Below, in pieces: positions 37,372 to 47,286 of a stretch of 64,000 bases of DNA. The stretch is from a virus, in the IMG/VR virus record IMGVR_UViG_3300036795_000211, positions 9,708 through 73,707 of that record, one strand, 5' to 3'. A program made the translations under genes and the position numbers. Position 1 is the stretch's first letter. The number at the start of each line of letters is the position of its first letter. The notes beneath the pieces are model-generated. The model did no database searches and was not told the DNA's origin. It saw nothing but the letters and a program-made list of their open reading frames with translations.

Positions 37372-39581
37372 AGGCAGCGTCGGTACCGAAGGAGCTTACT
37401 GACGCCCTCGATAAGCTAGAGGACGTATCGCAGGAAGGTGATCAGTACCGTGCTATCTGCCCGGTGCATAACGGACACGGTCTAACCGTTCGATGGAACT
37501 CCGAATCGAACGTCCTCGTAGTGCATTGTCACGCGGGGTGCGAGAAGGACGATGTCGTAACGGAGCTGCGTAAGCTCGGGATTCATCTCGGTAGTGCACG
37601 CCACCGTTATGAATATCGCGACGCCGATGGCGTGCTTAAGTGGACGAAGATCCGTTCACGCAGCAAAGAGGGACGTCGCTTCACCTACTATATGTGTCAC
37701 TCCGTCAAGGGCAAGGTGCCGGTAGAGGGAGTTCATCTCGGTAAGAAGACACGCAAACCCGATGGAACTTGTCGTTTCTGCGGCTCAGCGGAGCATCCCC
37801 GCGGAATGCTGTACAACGCAGCATCCGTAGTCGCAGCGATCGCTAATGGCGACGAGATATGGCTTGTCGAAGGCGAGAAGGATGTCGATGCGTTGACGTC
37901 GAAAGGTGTCATCGCAACAACGGCAATGAACGGCGTGGACGATTGGGGACCGATATACGTCGATCAGCTCGCCGGAGCACGCAGTGTCGTAATCGTCGCG
38001 GACAATGACGCACACTCACACGGTAAGCGCGGTGCGTACAGTCGCTACCTATCACTCACCGGACACGTAGACACGGTGTGCGTAAAGGTCGCGAAGACCG
38101 GTAAAGACAGCTTCGATCACCTGCATGCGGGCTATACGGTAAACGACTTCGTAGATGTACCGATTGACGAACTCGAAGCACTTGCGCAGATAACTACGGA
38201 AAGCGTAGATGCTGACGATCCGTTGTTCGATGAACGATGGACGCAGTACGGCTATGCGAAACGCTTCATTGAGCTACACGGCACGGAGGTCGTATTCGAC
38301 GGCAGATGGTGGCGCTATTGGGACGGTGCATACTGGCGAAAGGACGAACACGGTAGAGTGCTGCGTATGTCTGCGCGTCTCTCTCGGCGTATGTCGCAAG
38401 TGTCGGACAAGGTGCTAGGGACGAACGACAAACCGTTGTACGGAGCATTCGCAGCGAAGCAGGAAGGCGCAGGTGCTATTGCGTCAACGATGGCGCTCGC
38501 TAAGTCGGAGCTATCACTGCCGCAAGAAGAGTTCGATACCGATACAACGCTACTCGTATGCCGTTCCGGTATGTACGCTGGAGGCGGCGCATTCGCACCG
38601 CATGATCCGTTGAAGCTATACACGAAGTGCGTACCGGTTGATCACGATCCGAATGCCGAAGCACCGCAATGGGAACGCTTTCTCCGTAGCAGCATTCCCG
38701 ACCGTGATCAGCGTCGCTACCTGCAAACGCTCATCGGCTTTGCGCTTGTTGGCGGCGACCGAAAGAAGAAGCGCATCGTAAACCTGATCGGCCCGAAGGA
38801 CACCGGTAAGTCAACGTTCCTCAGGTACATCGGCGAATTGCTTGCTCCGTACATCAGTACGCCGGCAGTAGAAGAACTCGTCTCGCACAAGTCGCGTAGA
38901 CAGTCCGACAAGTTCGCACTAAGCGAGCTCCGAGGTTCGCGCATGGCCGTCGTGTCCGAGATCGAAGCGCACAGCACGTTCCGCGTTGCACCGTTGAAGG
39001 CATTGACCGGCGGTGACGTGATACAAACGCAATCGAAGAACCGTGATCCCGTCGAATGGCGTGCGTCAATTATGCTGCTGATCGCTACGAATGAACGCAT
39101 TGCATTCGACGTCACGGACGACGCATTCGCTGAGCGTCAGATTGATATCGTGTTCCGGCGCAAGCGTAAGATTGATCGCAGCTTGTCGGTAAAGCTTGAT
39201 GCCGAGAAACCCGGGATATGGAACTGGATCCTAGCCGGTGTCGATTCGTACCTACGTGACGAACTCGTTGAACCGCAGTCCGTAAAGGATGCGCGGGAGA
39301 CCGCAGAGACTGAGATCTCGATCCCGTTCCAGTTCATTCAGCAGGGACTCGAATCCGGTATGCTCGTTGCAACGAAGGACGACTTCCCGGTCGTCAAGTG
39401 CTGCGGCGTTACGAAGCTGTTCGCCGACTTCGATGCATGGTGCAAGAACGAAGGTATGCGCGGTCCACGCCTACGCGAGTTCAGTAGAATCGTGCAGCGT
39501 CGCTATCGCAAGCATCACAACGCAAGCGACGGTCGCGATCACTTCGTCGGAATTGCGCCCTCTCGCAATGCAGAGAAGTAA
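37368..39581 (+). CDS. DNA primase-helicase (Zn finger, TOPRIM, D5-like SF3 helicase)
   Basis: CPVH..HCHAGC; VEGEKD, IVADND; GPKDTGKST Walker A; LLIATN. Confidence 0.9.
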   Translation: MKAASVPKELTDALDKLEDVSQEGDQYRAICPVHNGHGLTVRWNSESNVLVVHCHAGCEKDDVVTELRKLGIHLGSARHRYEYRDADGVLKWTKIRSRSKEGRRFTYYMCHSVKGKVPVEGVHLGKKTRKPDGTCRFCGSAEHPRGMLYNAASVVAAIANGDEIWLVEGEKDVDALTSKGVIATTAMNGVDDWGPIYVDQLAGARSVVIVADNDAHSHGKRGAYSRYLSLTGHVDTVCVKVAKTGKDSFDHLHAGYTVNDFVDVPIDELEALAQITTESVDADDPLFDERWTQYGYAKRFIELHGTEVVFDGRWWRYWDGAYWRKDEHGRVLRMSARLSRRMSQVSDKVLGTNDKPLYGAFAAKQEGAGAIASTMALAKSELSLPQEEFDTDTTLLVCRSGMYAGGGAFAPHDPLKLYTKCVPVDHDPNAEAPQWERFLRSSIPDRDQRRYLQTLIGFALVGGDRKKKRIVNLIGPKDTGKSTFLRYIGELLAPYISTPAVEELVSHKSRRQSDKFALSELRGSRMAVVSEIEAHSTFRVAPLKALTGGDVIQTQSKNRDPVEWRASIMLLIATNERIAFDVTDDAFAERQIDIVFRRKRKIDRSLSVKLDAEKPGIWNWILAGVDSYLRDELVEPQSVKDARETAETEISIPFQFIQQGLESGMLVATKDDFPVVKCCGVTKLFADFDAWCKNEGMRGPRLREFSRIVQRRYRKHHNASDGRDHFVGIAPSRNAEK

Positions 39582-39810
39582 ATTCCTGTAGTAATCCGTA
39601 ATCCTGTGGACTTCTATGTAGCCGCCTTCTCCTTTCTACATGGTATCTACAGTTCTACAGATGATAGGTATGATAATGTGTCACACCTGAGGCAGGTAAT
39701 GGAGACAGCATATGCCTCAGGTATGGGCCTCCTTATAGGAACTGTAATCCTGTAGTGGCTCTACCGGACTCCGCAATACTTTGAGCTGCTCGGATAGCCA
39801 CAGTATTGTA
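39582..39810. other. Probable replication origin
   Basis: AT-richer, CpG-poor non-coding region after primase with GTAATCC x3, TCCTGTAGT x2, TCTACA x3 and two inverted repeats. Confidence 0.5.
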
Positions 39811-40121
39811 AACCTGTGACAGATGAACGGAAGGACATACGATGGACGAGAGAATAGCGAAGCTACTCGAAGCGCAGAACAAGCTTCTCGCAGCAATCGC
39901 AACCGAGATCAGCTATACCGGTCACTCCGGAGAGTACTACACGTCGTATAGTACGAACGAGAATGGCACCGCCGTGTATCGGCGTAACATGCCGGACACG
40001 AGAGAAACGGAGTTGTAACGACATTCCGGAAGGACAGCCGATTGCGACGAGCTTTTCCGTACGAAACGAAGACTCTTAGCCGTCTCTATCTCCGCTTGTC
40101 TAGGTGCTACATTCTCACCGT

Positions 40122-40150
40122 TTGACATCACGGCAATTCACTGATAGGCT
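40122..40150 (+). promoter_or_regulatory. SigA-type promoter TTGACA-N17-TAGGCT
   Basis: Consensus match, TGn extended -10. Confidence 0.75.
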
Positions 40151-40155
40151 TCTGA

Positions 40156-40275
40156 TGCCGGGCAGCCATACGAGCAGCGAGCGACGGCAACGCACCCAGC
40201 ATCCGATATCCGACATGGCGCGATTGAGGATGGCGTTGCCTGGCCTGATCGTGTAGTTCGCGTGGCTGTCCGGCA
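40156..40275 (+). ncRNA. Rod-like structured leader or sRNA
   Basis: Nested helices tgccgggcagcca/tggctgtccggca, ggcaacgc/gcgttgcc, catcc/ggatg starting at the predicted TSS. Confidence 0.45.
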
Positions 40276-40293
40276 CACCGAGGAAGGAAGACC

Positions 40294-40917
40294 ATGAACG
40301 ACCCCACCGGACCAATCGCCGCACCACGGAGACGTTGGCCACGCCGCCATCCAATCATCACTGGCGTGCTAACAGCAATCGTTGCCTTCATTGCTGTCGG
40401 AATCGCACTTGCGCCGAGCGGCCAACAGCAGGTCGTTACGCCGCCCGCCGCAGCACCGGCAAGCCCGGTTTCCGCACCTTCGCCATCCGCAGCACCGTCA
40501 CCGACTGGCGTCCCCCGCGCTGTCATCGGAACGGCCGAGGAGTTCACTCAGTCCGGTGTCCCCGCGCTAACCATCACGCCGTATGCACCGGTTATCGCAA
40601 CCGGTCCGATCGATATGTACAGCGACGGGCCCCAGAATGGCTACTTCGTGTCGTTCAAGCTTGTTGCCGCCGGCCTGACGGACAACACGGAGGTCGATTC
40701 GACCGAGTTCTACGTCAAGCAGGGTGCCGATCGCTATGACGAGGGTGACGGAAACGCATACGAAGGACCGCATGCCGGTTCCGAGCTGTCGTACAGCGAA
40801 CTGAACACCGGCGACGTTACGACCGGATGGCTCACCTTCGACCTGCACTCACCGCACGGAAAGCTCGTGTATGCGCCGAACCTTGATGGCGGGCCACTGC
40901 AGATCTGGCGGTTCTAG
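40294..40917 (+). CDS. Membrane-anchored Ig-like protein (DUF4352/Mpt63-like)
   Basis: Basic N-terminus, one TM helix, Pro/Ala/Ser linker, LNTGDVTTGWLTFD..KLVYAP C-motif. Confidence 0.65.
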   Translation: MNDPTGPIAAPRRRWPRRHPIITGVLTAIVAFIAVGIALAPSGQQQVVTPPAAAPASPVSAPSPSAAPSPTGVPRAVIGTAEEFTQSGVPALTITPYAPVIATGPIDMYSDGPQNGYFVSFKLVAAGLTDNTEVDSTEFYVKQGADRYDEGDGNAYEGPHAGSELSYSELNTGDVTTGWLTFDLHSPHGKLVYAPNLDGGPLQIWRF

Positions 40918-40951
40918 CTCCGCCATTCCGAACCGGCTACCACTGAATAGC

Positions 40952-40980
40952 TTGACAGGGTGCTAGCCATCGGATATGCT
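40952..40980 (+). promoter_or_regulatory. SigA-type promoter TTGACA-N17-TATGCT
   Basis: Consensus match. Confidence 0.75.
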
Positions 40981-41021
40981 GCGGTAACAGTTTAATCCAC
41001 ACCGAGGAAGGGCAAGTTGCT

Positions 41022-41582
41022 ATGCGCAAGACCTTGATCGCCGCGTTCGGTCTGTTGACCGCCGTGGGAATCTCACTGGGTGTCGTTCAGTCCAACTCGG
41101 CCGGAGCGGCCACTCGTGCCTGCACCGAAGCCGTGACCACGCACAATGGCGTGACCGCGAACTGGTGCGCCAGCCAGGACCTCACCGGGTCGTCGCCCCT
41201 GCTGCAGCTCGCGACCACGAACAAGGTCGGTGTCTACTCCCGGCTGACGCTGAAGGTGGCCGGCGAGAACAAGCAGACCGACTTCCAGTTCTACCCCGTG
41301 GTCGCCGGCGGTTCCGCCAAGAAGTTCAACTGGTCGCCCCGTGGCGCGGCCTCAAACCTCTGCATGGACGTCTCGAATAACCGCACGGTACCGGTCCTGA
41401 AGTTCTGCGTCGCGAACAAGCTCTCCCAGCAGTGGGACGCCATTCAGATCGGCGACACGAACAGCTTCGACTGGGTCAACGCTGCCACCGGCACTGCTCT
41501 CACGGCCCCGGTCCACGCTCAGTACGAGCGCTTGATCATGGGTAACGGTTCCGGCTTCACCTTCGATCAGTCCGGCTCATAA
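41022..41582 (+). CDS. Secreted ricin-B (beta-trefoil) lectin-like protein
   Basis: Sec signal ending AGA-A; NLCMDV..LKFC..SQQW repeat. Confidence 0.65.
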   Translation: MRKTLIAAFGLLTAVGISLGVVQSNSAGAATRACTEAVTTHNGVTANWCASQDLTGSSPLLQLATTNKVGVYSRLTLKVAGENKQTDFQFYPVVAGGSAKKFNWSPRGAASNLCMDVSNNRTVPVLKFCVANKLSQQWDAIQIGDTNSFDWVNAATGTALTAPVHAQYERLIMGNGSGFTFDQSGS

Positions 41583-41665
41583 CCGTCCCGACAATTCCGA
41601 TGGCGGCCGCATCCCGAATCGCGACGGGGTTCGGTCGCCTCGGCATCTTTTAACGACATAGGAGC

Positions 41666-41878
41666 ATGATGAATCTGCAGTCAGCACTCAACGTCGTTTC
41701 CGCCGGCGGAAGGGTTCGGCGTCCGACATGGCCGGAGAACGAAGTGATGCTGCAACGGATGGAAGGCGACGTTCCACGAATGACGTTCTGGAACACCGAC
41801 ACGGACGAGGAGGTCCCGCGCGGATTCGCGATCCAAGACATCAACGCCGATGACTATATCGAGGTGGAAACGCCATGA
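41666..41878 (+). CDS. Small protein, possibly DUF2829/Tad2-like
   Basis: MNLQSAL..GGRVRRPTW..DINADDY resembles the MNF..AL..G..V.R..W..D..A.DW pattern. Confidence 0.5.
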   Translation: MMNLQSALNVVSAGGRVRRPTWPENEVMLQRMEGDVPRMTFWNTDTDEEVPRGFAIQDINADDYIEVETP

Positions 41879-42305
41879 CGGAACCCGAGCCGCAAAGCGT
41901 ATTTACCGCCGAAATGGTACGTGAAAGCGAAGAGATCGCCATGCTCCGGCAGATCCGAACCATGATCCGCTTGATGGCCGTAGGACTCGGGCTACTCACG
42001 TTCGGCTGCCTTGTCATGTTCGTCACCGTAATCGTTACGGCGATCCAATATGGCGGCTGACGATACACCGCCGATGCCTGAAGCCGTGATTGCGGTATCA
42101 CGGTTTCAGGCCGATGGAACGGTAACCGTCCTCTCGTGGGAAGTCAGTGCGAGTGCCGCAAACGGGATGGAGGCCGGGATGCGATACCAGTTCGGCGATC
42201 CGGTATCCGGAATGGTTCCGATAGCCGCACTCGAGCAACTCGAGACTTACCCGGGATTCATCTCCGACGAATAGCGCGGGGGCCGACAGCACCGGTGCTA
42301 TTTCC

Positions 42306-42334
42306 TTGACACCCACCTAGGTGACTGATAGGCT
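42306..42334 (+). promoter_or_regulatory. SigA-type promoter TTGACA-N17-TAGGCT
   Basis: Consensus match. Confidence 0.75.
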
Positions 42335-42371
42335 TTACCCAATCGCGGAGGTACCGCGAGAAGGAGGCATC

Positions 42372-42839
42372 ATGTTCCGCAGAAGAATCGCAATCGGATT
42401 GGCGAGTCTCGGACTCGTCGCCGGCGGCGCACTGGCAACGGTGTCCGCTTCGCCGGCAAGTGCGGCAACGACCTACCAGATCACGCTGCACGTGGACTCC
42501 CGGTTCGGAATCGTCACGCACGGCACCGGGAACCAGGTAACCGTTCAGCTCAACGGGCACACGCTGTTCTACAAAACGGCGACGTCCGATGGCTTCACGA
42601 AGCTGCACGTGAACGGCGGCTCGAACTGCCTCGAGGCGCTGAACAGCAACATCGTGGTCGTCAACCCCTGCTCGGCCGGAAACGACCAGCAGAAGTGGCA
42701 CATCACCCCGGCAAGTCCGGCGTGCAACTACCAGGTCAAGTCGAACAACAACTTCATGGCCGTGGCCTCGGCAAGCGACGGACAAGGTGTCGTGATGAAC
42801 GCCGGCCAGGGCGACATCCGATGGGATTGCGGGCCGTAG
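42372..42839 (+). CDS. Secreted ricin-B lectin-like protein
   Basis: AAGGAGG RBS; signal peptide ending ASA-A; SNCLEA..VNPC..QQKW repeat. Confidence 0.65.
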   Translation: MFRRRIAIGLASLGLVAGGALATVSASPASAATTYQITLHVDSRFGIVTHGTGNQVTVQLNGHTLFYKTATSDGFTKLHVNGGSNCLEALNSNIVVVNPCSAGNDQQKWHITPASPACNYQVKSNNNFMAVASASDGQGVVMNAGQGDIRWDCGP

Positions 42840-42936
42840 TTCGGTAAGCGCCCCCCTAGCGTCAGGTCCGGGTCTCGCCGAAATGAGATGGCTCGGACCT
42901 GGCCCCCGGGGAACGACTCCGGAGAGAGAAGGTACC

Positions 42937-43497
42937 ATGCGCCGAATACTAACACTGATTTCCGGTGTCGCAATGGCGATCGGAATCGGAGCGGCTGCCG
43001 CCCCCGCGCACGCATCAACGGCCCCGGCCAAGCAGGTCGGATACGCTATCACGCAGACCAATCCGACGACCTACATCACGCCGCTCGACACGGCGATCCC
43101 GGCTGCTCCGCTCATTGCCGCGTGGCGGATCTGCACTCGGTCGACGCCAACTCGCTGCGCAACCGGCAAGGGCGCTGGCGAGCAGTTCCAGATGCAGGCC
43201 TCGGGCTATAGCACGTTCAACCGGATCAGCGCTCCGTACGGCGTCATGTTCAAGACGCCTAACGGTCTCTGCCCGCATGCGAAGGACGGCGCGAATGGCT
43301 GGGTCGTCCTGGGTGACGTGGGTTGTGACCCGAACAACCAGTCCTACCAGTGGTTCATCACGACCGATAACCCGAATCGGCTGCTGAACCCGCTCTACGA
43401 CCGTTACCTCGGCGTGCTGTTCAACAACCAGGACGGAGCCCGCACGACAACGCAGCCCGGGACCGGCGCCTTCTATCTCGGGGAGTTCGGGAGCTAA
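42937..43497 (+). CDS. Secreted ricin-B lectin-like protein
   Basis: Signal peptide ending AHA-S; NGLCPHA..GCDPNNQSYQW repeat. Confidence 0.6.
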   Translation: MRRILTLISGVAMAIGIGAAAAPAHASTAPAKQVGYAITQTNPTTYITPLDTAIPAAPLIAAWRICTRSTPTRCATGKGAGEQFQMQASGYSTFNRISAPYGVMFKTPNGLCPHAKDGANGWVVLGDVGCDPNNQSYQWFITTDNPNRLLNPLYDRYLGVLFNNQDGARTTTQPGTGAFYLGEFGS

Positions 43498-43522
43498 CCC
43501 GGGCGCACAACCGAAACCCCAG

Positions 43523-43551
43523 TTGACATCAGTGTAGTTCGCTGCTATACT
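43523..43551 (+). promoter_or_regulatory. SigA-type promoter TTGACA-N17-TATACT
   Basis: Consensus match. Confidence 0.75.
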
Positions 43552-43556
43552 GGGAT

Positions 43557-43620
43557 GGCCGGCCCCGGTGTGGGTTCTGGAACCCCCCCTCCACTCCACT
43601 ACACCGGGGTCGGCCTTCTT
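43557..43620 (+). ncRNA. Short hairpin RNA with C-rich loop directly after promoter
   Basis: ggccggccccggtgt/acaccggggtcggcc stem, loop with C7-TCCACTCCACT, followed by TTCTT. Confidence 0.4.
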
Positions 43621-43646
43621 GCCGCTATACCGAGGAAGGAAACGCA

Positions 43647-44141
43647 ATGTCGTTGTCCGGAATGGACCGTGAGTCCGCCGAAGCGTTGATGGCCGCCACT
43701 GGCCGGGTACTCGCGAAGTTCGACCGCTTGACCGAGAAGTACGGTACCGAGCCCCCGATGGGCTCCGTGGTCCGCTGGCAGAAGGTGTTCGGTGACGGCA
43801 AGGTCTACTCCTACGCCGCGATCCACACCGAGAATGGCTGGTACACCACCGGCCCGCGCTCCCCGAAGAGAATCGGCTGGGAGCCACTGATCGAGTGGAT
43901 CGACGCGGGAGGCACCGCGTTCAACTTCGCGCAGATCGCCGGACCGTTCCCCATTCCGCACCGCGTGGTAACGACCGCCGGTTCGATCCTTGGCCCGTTT
44001 CCGCCGCCATTCCCGGCTGCTGATCTCGGCGAGGACATGATTACCCGTCGCAGTCCCGATCAGTCCGATGACGACATGCTGGATGACGAGCAGTCCGATG
44101 GCGAGCCGAATGACGGTGTCGGCTGGAAAGACCACAACTAA
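43647..44141 (+). CDS. Hypothetical protein
   Basis: GAGGAAGG RBS; YSYAAI..WYTTG motif. Confidence 0.6.
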   Translation: MSLSGMDRESAEALMAATGRVLAKFDRLTEKYGTEPPMGSVVRWQKVFGDGKVYSYAAIHTENGWYTTGPRSPKRIGWEPLIEWIDAGGTAFNFAQIAGPFPIPHRVVTTAGSILGPFPPPFPAADLGEDMITRRSPDQSDDDMLDDEQSDGEPNDGVGWKDHN

Positions 44142-44178
44142 CCCGCACCATTAACTCCGACAAGGGGGCATCAGCCCA

Positions 44179-45420
44179 GTGTCAATCACGCCCACTCCTG
44201 ATCAGCGTCGTGCACTCGACGCGATAATGACTTGGTACGCCGAAGGCGGCGATCCGCCACTGACTCTCGGCGGTTTCGCGGGGACCGGGAAGACAACGCT
44301 ACTCGGCCAGGTCCGTAGGCGCATCCCCGCCAAGCGAGTCGTGTTCGCGAGTTACACCGGTAAGGCCGTTTCGGTGTTGAAGTCCAAGCTTCCGCCGGGT
44401 TCCGATGTGACCACGCTTCATCGCCTCCTGTACACGCCGACCCATCGTCTGGTCTGCAAGGACTCCGGCGACAACCTGACGAACGCTCTCGGGACGCCGG
44501 CCTCGTTCTGCGACACACACCGGCCGAACCTCAAGGGTGCGGATGCGGACCATTCAATCCTGCAGGGTCGCGATCCGTGTACGCCGCAACGAAAGCTCGA
44601 TTGGCTGCAGAACCTGAGCCCGCTCGATGGTATCGACCTGGTCGTTGTCGATGAAGCATCAATGGTCTCCGACAAGATCTGGGGCGACCTCACGAAGTGG
44701 GGTGTCCCGGTGCTGGCGGTCGGCGATCACGGCCAGTTGCCGCCGATCAAGTCAACGTTCAACCTGATGCAGCACCCGCAGATCAAGCTCGAGACCATCG
44801 TGCGTCAGGCCGCCGAATCGCCGATCATCCAGATGTCGATCATGGCTCGCGAAGGGCGGCCTATCCCGCGCAAGGACTTCGGTAACGGTGTCGTGAAGGT
44901 GCCACGGCACAAGCTCGGAAGGTACGAGCTCGATCCCGACTCGCAGGAGCAGTTGATCATCGTTGGCTACAACGCCACTCGAAACGACACCAACGAGATG
45001 CTCCGGCGACAGTGCGACCGGAAAGGTGAGCCGCAGCCCGGTGACGTGGTCATCTGCCTCCGTAACTCCTACGAGAACGGTGTCTTCAACGGGATGCGGG
45101 GTCGCATACTGCATCTCGAACCCGAACCGTGGCGCGAGGGCTACATGGCCGACATTCAGGTGTTCGGCGAGGACGAGATCTACACCGCAATGATCGCGGC
45201 CGACCAGTTCGGCAAGCCGAAGACCATGTCGGAGATGAATCGGCGATTCGGCCTGTGGGACTATGGCTATGCGATGACGTGTCACAAGGCCCAGGGCAGC
45301 CAAGCGGACAAAGTGGTCGTGATCGAGGAACGGATGCCGTCCGCCTCGGACGCGATGCACGCACGCTGGCTCTACACCGCCATTACGCGGGCCGCCAAGG
45401 AGTTGATCCTGGTCGGATGA
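44179..45420 (+). CDS. Dda/RecD-like SF1B helicase
   Basis: GFAGTGKT, TLHRLLY, VDEASMV, GDHGQLPP, YAMTCHKAQGS, LYTAITRA. Confidence 0.93.
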   Translation: MSITPTPDQRRALDAIMTWYAEGGDPPLTLGGFAGTGKTTLLGQVRRRIPAKRVVFASYTGKAVSVLKSKLPPGSDVTTLHRLLYTPTHRLVCKDSGDNLTNALGTPASFCDTHRPNLKGADADHSILQGRDPCTPQRKLDWLQNLSPLDGIDLVVVDEASMVSDKIWGDLTKWGVPVLAVGDHGQLPPIKSTFNLMQHPQIKLETIVRQAAESPIIQMSIMAREGRPIPRKDFGNGVVKVPRHKLGRYELDPDSQEQLIIVGYNATRNDTNEMLRRQCDRKGEPQPGDVVICLRNSYENGVFNGMRGRILHLEPEPWREGYMADIQVFGEDEIYTAMIAADQFGKPKTMSEMNRRFGLWDYGYAMTCHKAQGSQADKVVVIEERMPSASDAMHARWLYTAITRAAKELILVG

Positions 45421-45675
45421 CTCCCGAGATGAAAGCGTTTATCGAGCAGGGACTCGCCTCGATGGAATTCACGGTTGAAGTGACCGGCTTCCTCCCCCGC
45501 GGTACCGACACCGAATGGTTCATGCTGCTCTGCACGCAATGCGGTGACCCGGCCGAGCCACTGTGGATGCCATTCGAGAGTGCCGAAGCACGAGGTAAGT
45601 GGGCCGCTGCACACACCGAGCTCGCTCACCACGACAAATACCGCGTTATCGATGTACCGAAGGGAGCTACAACGA

Positions 45676-46008
45676 ATGGCTAACTCGCCCGCCCGGCAGA
45701 TGGTCGCATTCCGCAAGCAACTGGCCGAGATGCCAACCGAGTACCTGTTCTGCCACAACTTCGGGCACCAGGTAACGCCGTCCACGATTAACCCGGACGG
45801 TCAGATCTTCGTTATCGGCCTGCTCTGCGGGTCATGCGGAATGGAGATCGACCGATTCCGCGACTCGTACACCGGAAAGGTGTCCAGCCGGTACTGGCAC
45901 CCGAAGGGTGACTACTACTTCCGGGGTACCGGTCCGATAACGCCGCAGATGAAACTCGAGATCGAGGAAGCATGGCGCAACTCGGTCGATCTACCGAAAG
46001 CTGGCTGA
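45676..46008 (+). CDS. Hypothetical Zn-binding protein
   Basis: CHNFGH and CGSC motifs; RBS. Confidence 0.55.
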   Translation: MANSPARQMVAFRKQLAEMPTEYLFCHNFGHQVTPSTINPDGQIFVIGLLCGSCGMEIDRFRDSYTGKVSSRYWHPKGDYYFRGTGPITPQMKLEIEEAWRNSVDLPKAG

Positions 46009-46377
46009 TGATGCAGCGCGAATACACGTTTAGCCTGTTTTATTGGCTGCTCGCCAACTGGAACTGGGCAACGGTAGCAGTACTCGCCGTTATCTCCGGA
46101 GTACTACTCAAGGTGGCGGACTGAATGACGGTCGAGGAGCTCCTTCCCGGAACGCGAATCACGCTCGAAGGGTCACCGTTGATCGGCACCTACATCGAGC
46201 AGACCCGCCATCCGCTCTACCCGCAACTACGGCTGGTCGTATGGGTACTCAGTGACGACGTAATATCGCTGGACGCACTAAGTCCGCAGCAAGAAATCGG
46301 TAACCCGATCGACCCGCAGAATCTCAAGGCACGGACGTACTGGCTGCGACAAGCACTCAACGCTGGAGGTAGATAGT

Positions 46378-46788
46378 ATGCCGCTCTCGAGGATGGCCCT
46401 GAAGTGGGGCTTCAATGATGCCGGCCTCGGTGACATTCCGGGTCTCGATTACGACAAGATGGTCCACGCCATCGTGATCAAGCTCGCCGAGAACGATATC
46501 ACGCAGTTCTTCGGCAAGATCCAGAACGCGATCGACAAGTGGCAGCGAGAGAACGCTCGGATCTTTCCGTCCGAGTACGCGGTAATACGTATTCACCCGT
46601 ACGCGTACCGTGGCTACCTAAAGATGTGGCCGCAAACGATGGTGAGCCCCCTGCCGTTCGGCAGCAAGCCGAATTCCGTGTTCGGCGTCCCGATCGACGA
46701 GGACCAGCGAATGTTCCGTACCTCGTGGGAGCTTCAGCTCGGCGGAAAGCTCCTCGAGTCCGGCGAAGTATTGGAGATTGTCGAATGA
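46378..46788 (+). CDS. Hypothetical protein
   Basis: GGAGGT RBS. Confidence 0.5.
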   Translation: MPLSRMALKWGFNDAGLGDIPGLDYDKMVHAIVIKLAENDITQFFGKIQNAIDKWQRENARIFPSEYAVIRIHPYAYRGYLKMWPQTMVSPLPFGSKPNSVFGVPIDEDQRMFRTSWELQLGGKLLESGEVLEIVE

Positions 46789-47286
46789 GCTCCTATCTGT
46801 TTATCGGCGGGCCACTGGACGGTGAATACCGCGAGGTCGAGGACCCGCCGCCAACGTGTGTCCCGTACCTCTCAGCGGCACCGTGGACTTCGGAATACCA
46901 GCCGTACGCGATTCCGTACATCGCACTTCCAGCGGATACGGCTGACGGTACCTACGTGGTCTACACCGTTTTCGATGAAGCCGAGCTGTCCACGGCTCTC
47001 CGATGTCCGGTGTGCGTAAGCGCGGGGATCTACTCGGTCGAGCACCTCCCCTATTCCGATGCAAGACCCGGTGACGATTACCACGGCCAGTTCCCAATTC
47101 CGACGCCGTGGAACGATCCGAAGGCTGCCGTCCTCGAGGACATTCATCGCACTCTCGGAGTGAGTGGCGGACCATTCGGAATTGATGACGAGTTCCCGAC
47201 ACGTGAACCGCAGACCTTTACGTTCGGATACGACGACACCTCCGAAACAGCGCAGATTGAGCCACTACCCGACCAAAAGGGAGACG

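Noticed and set aside
37368-39581. Lower GC and different codon use in primase and HNH genes as a special signal
   Set aside because: Only an impression by eye, not quantified; ordinary phage mosaicism would explain it
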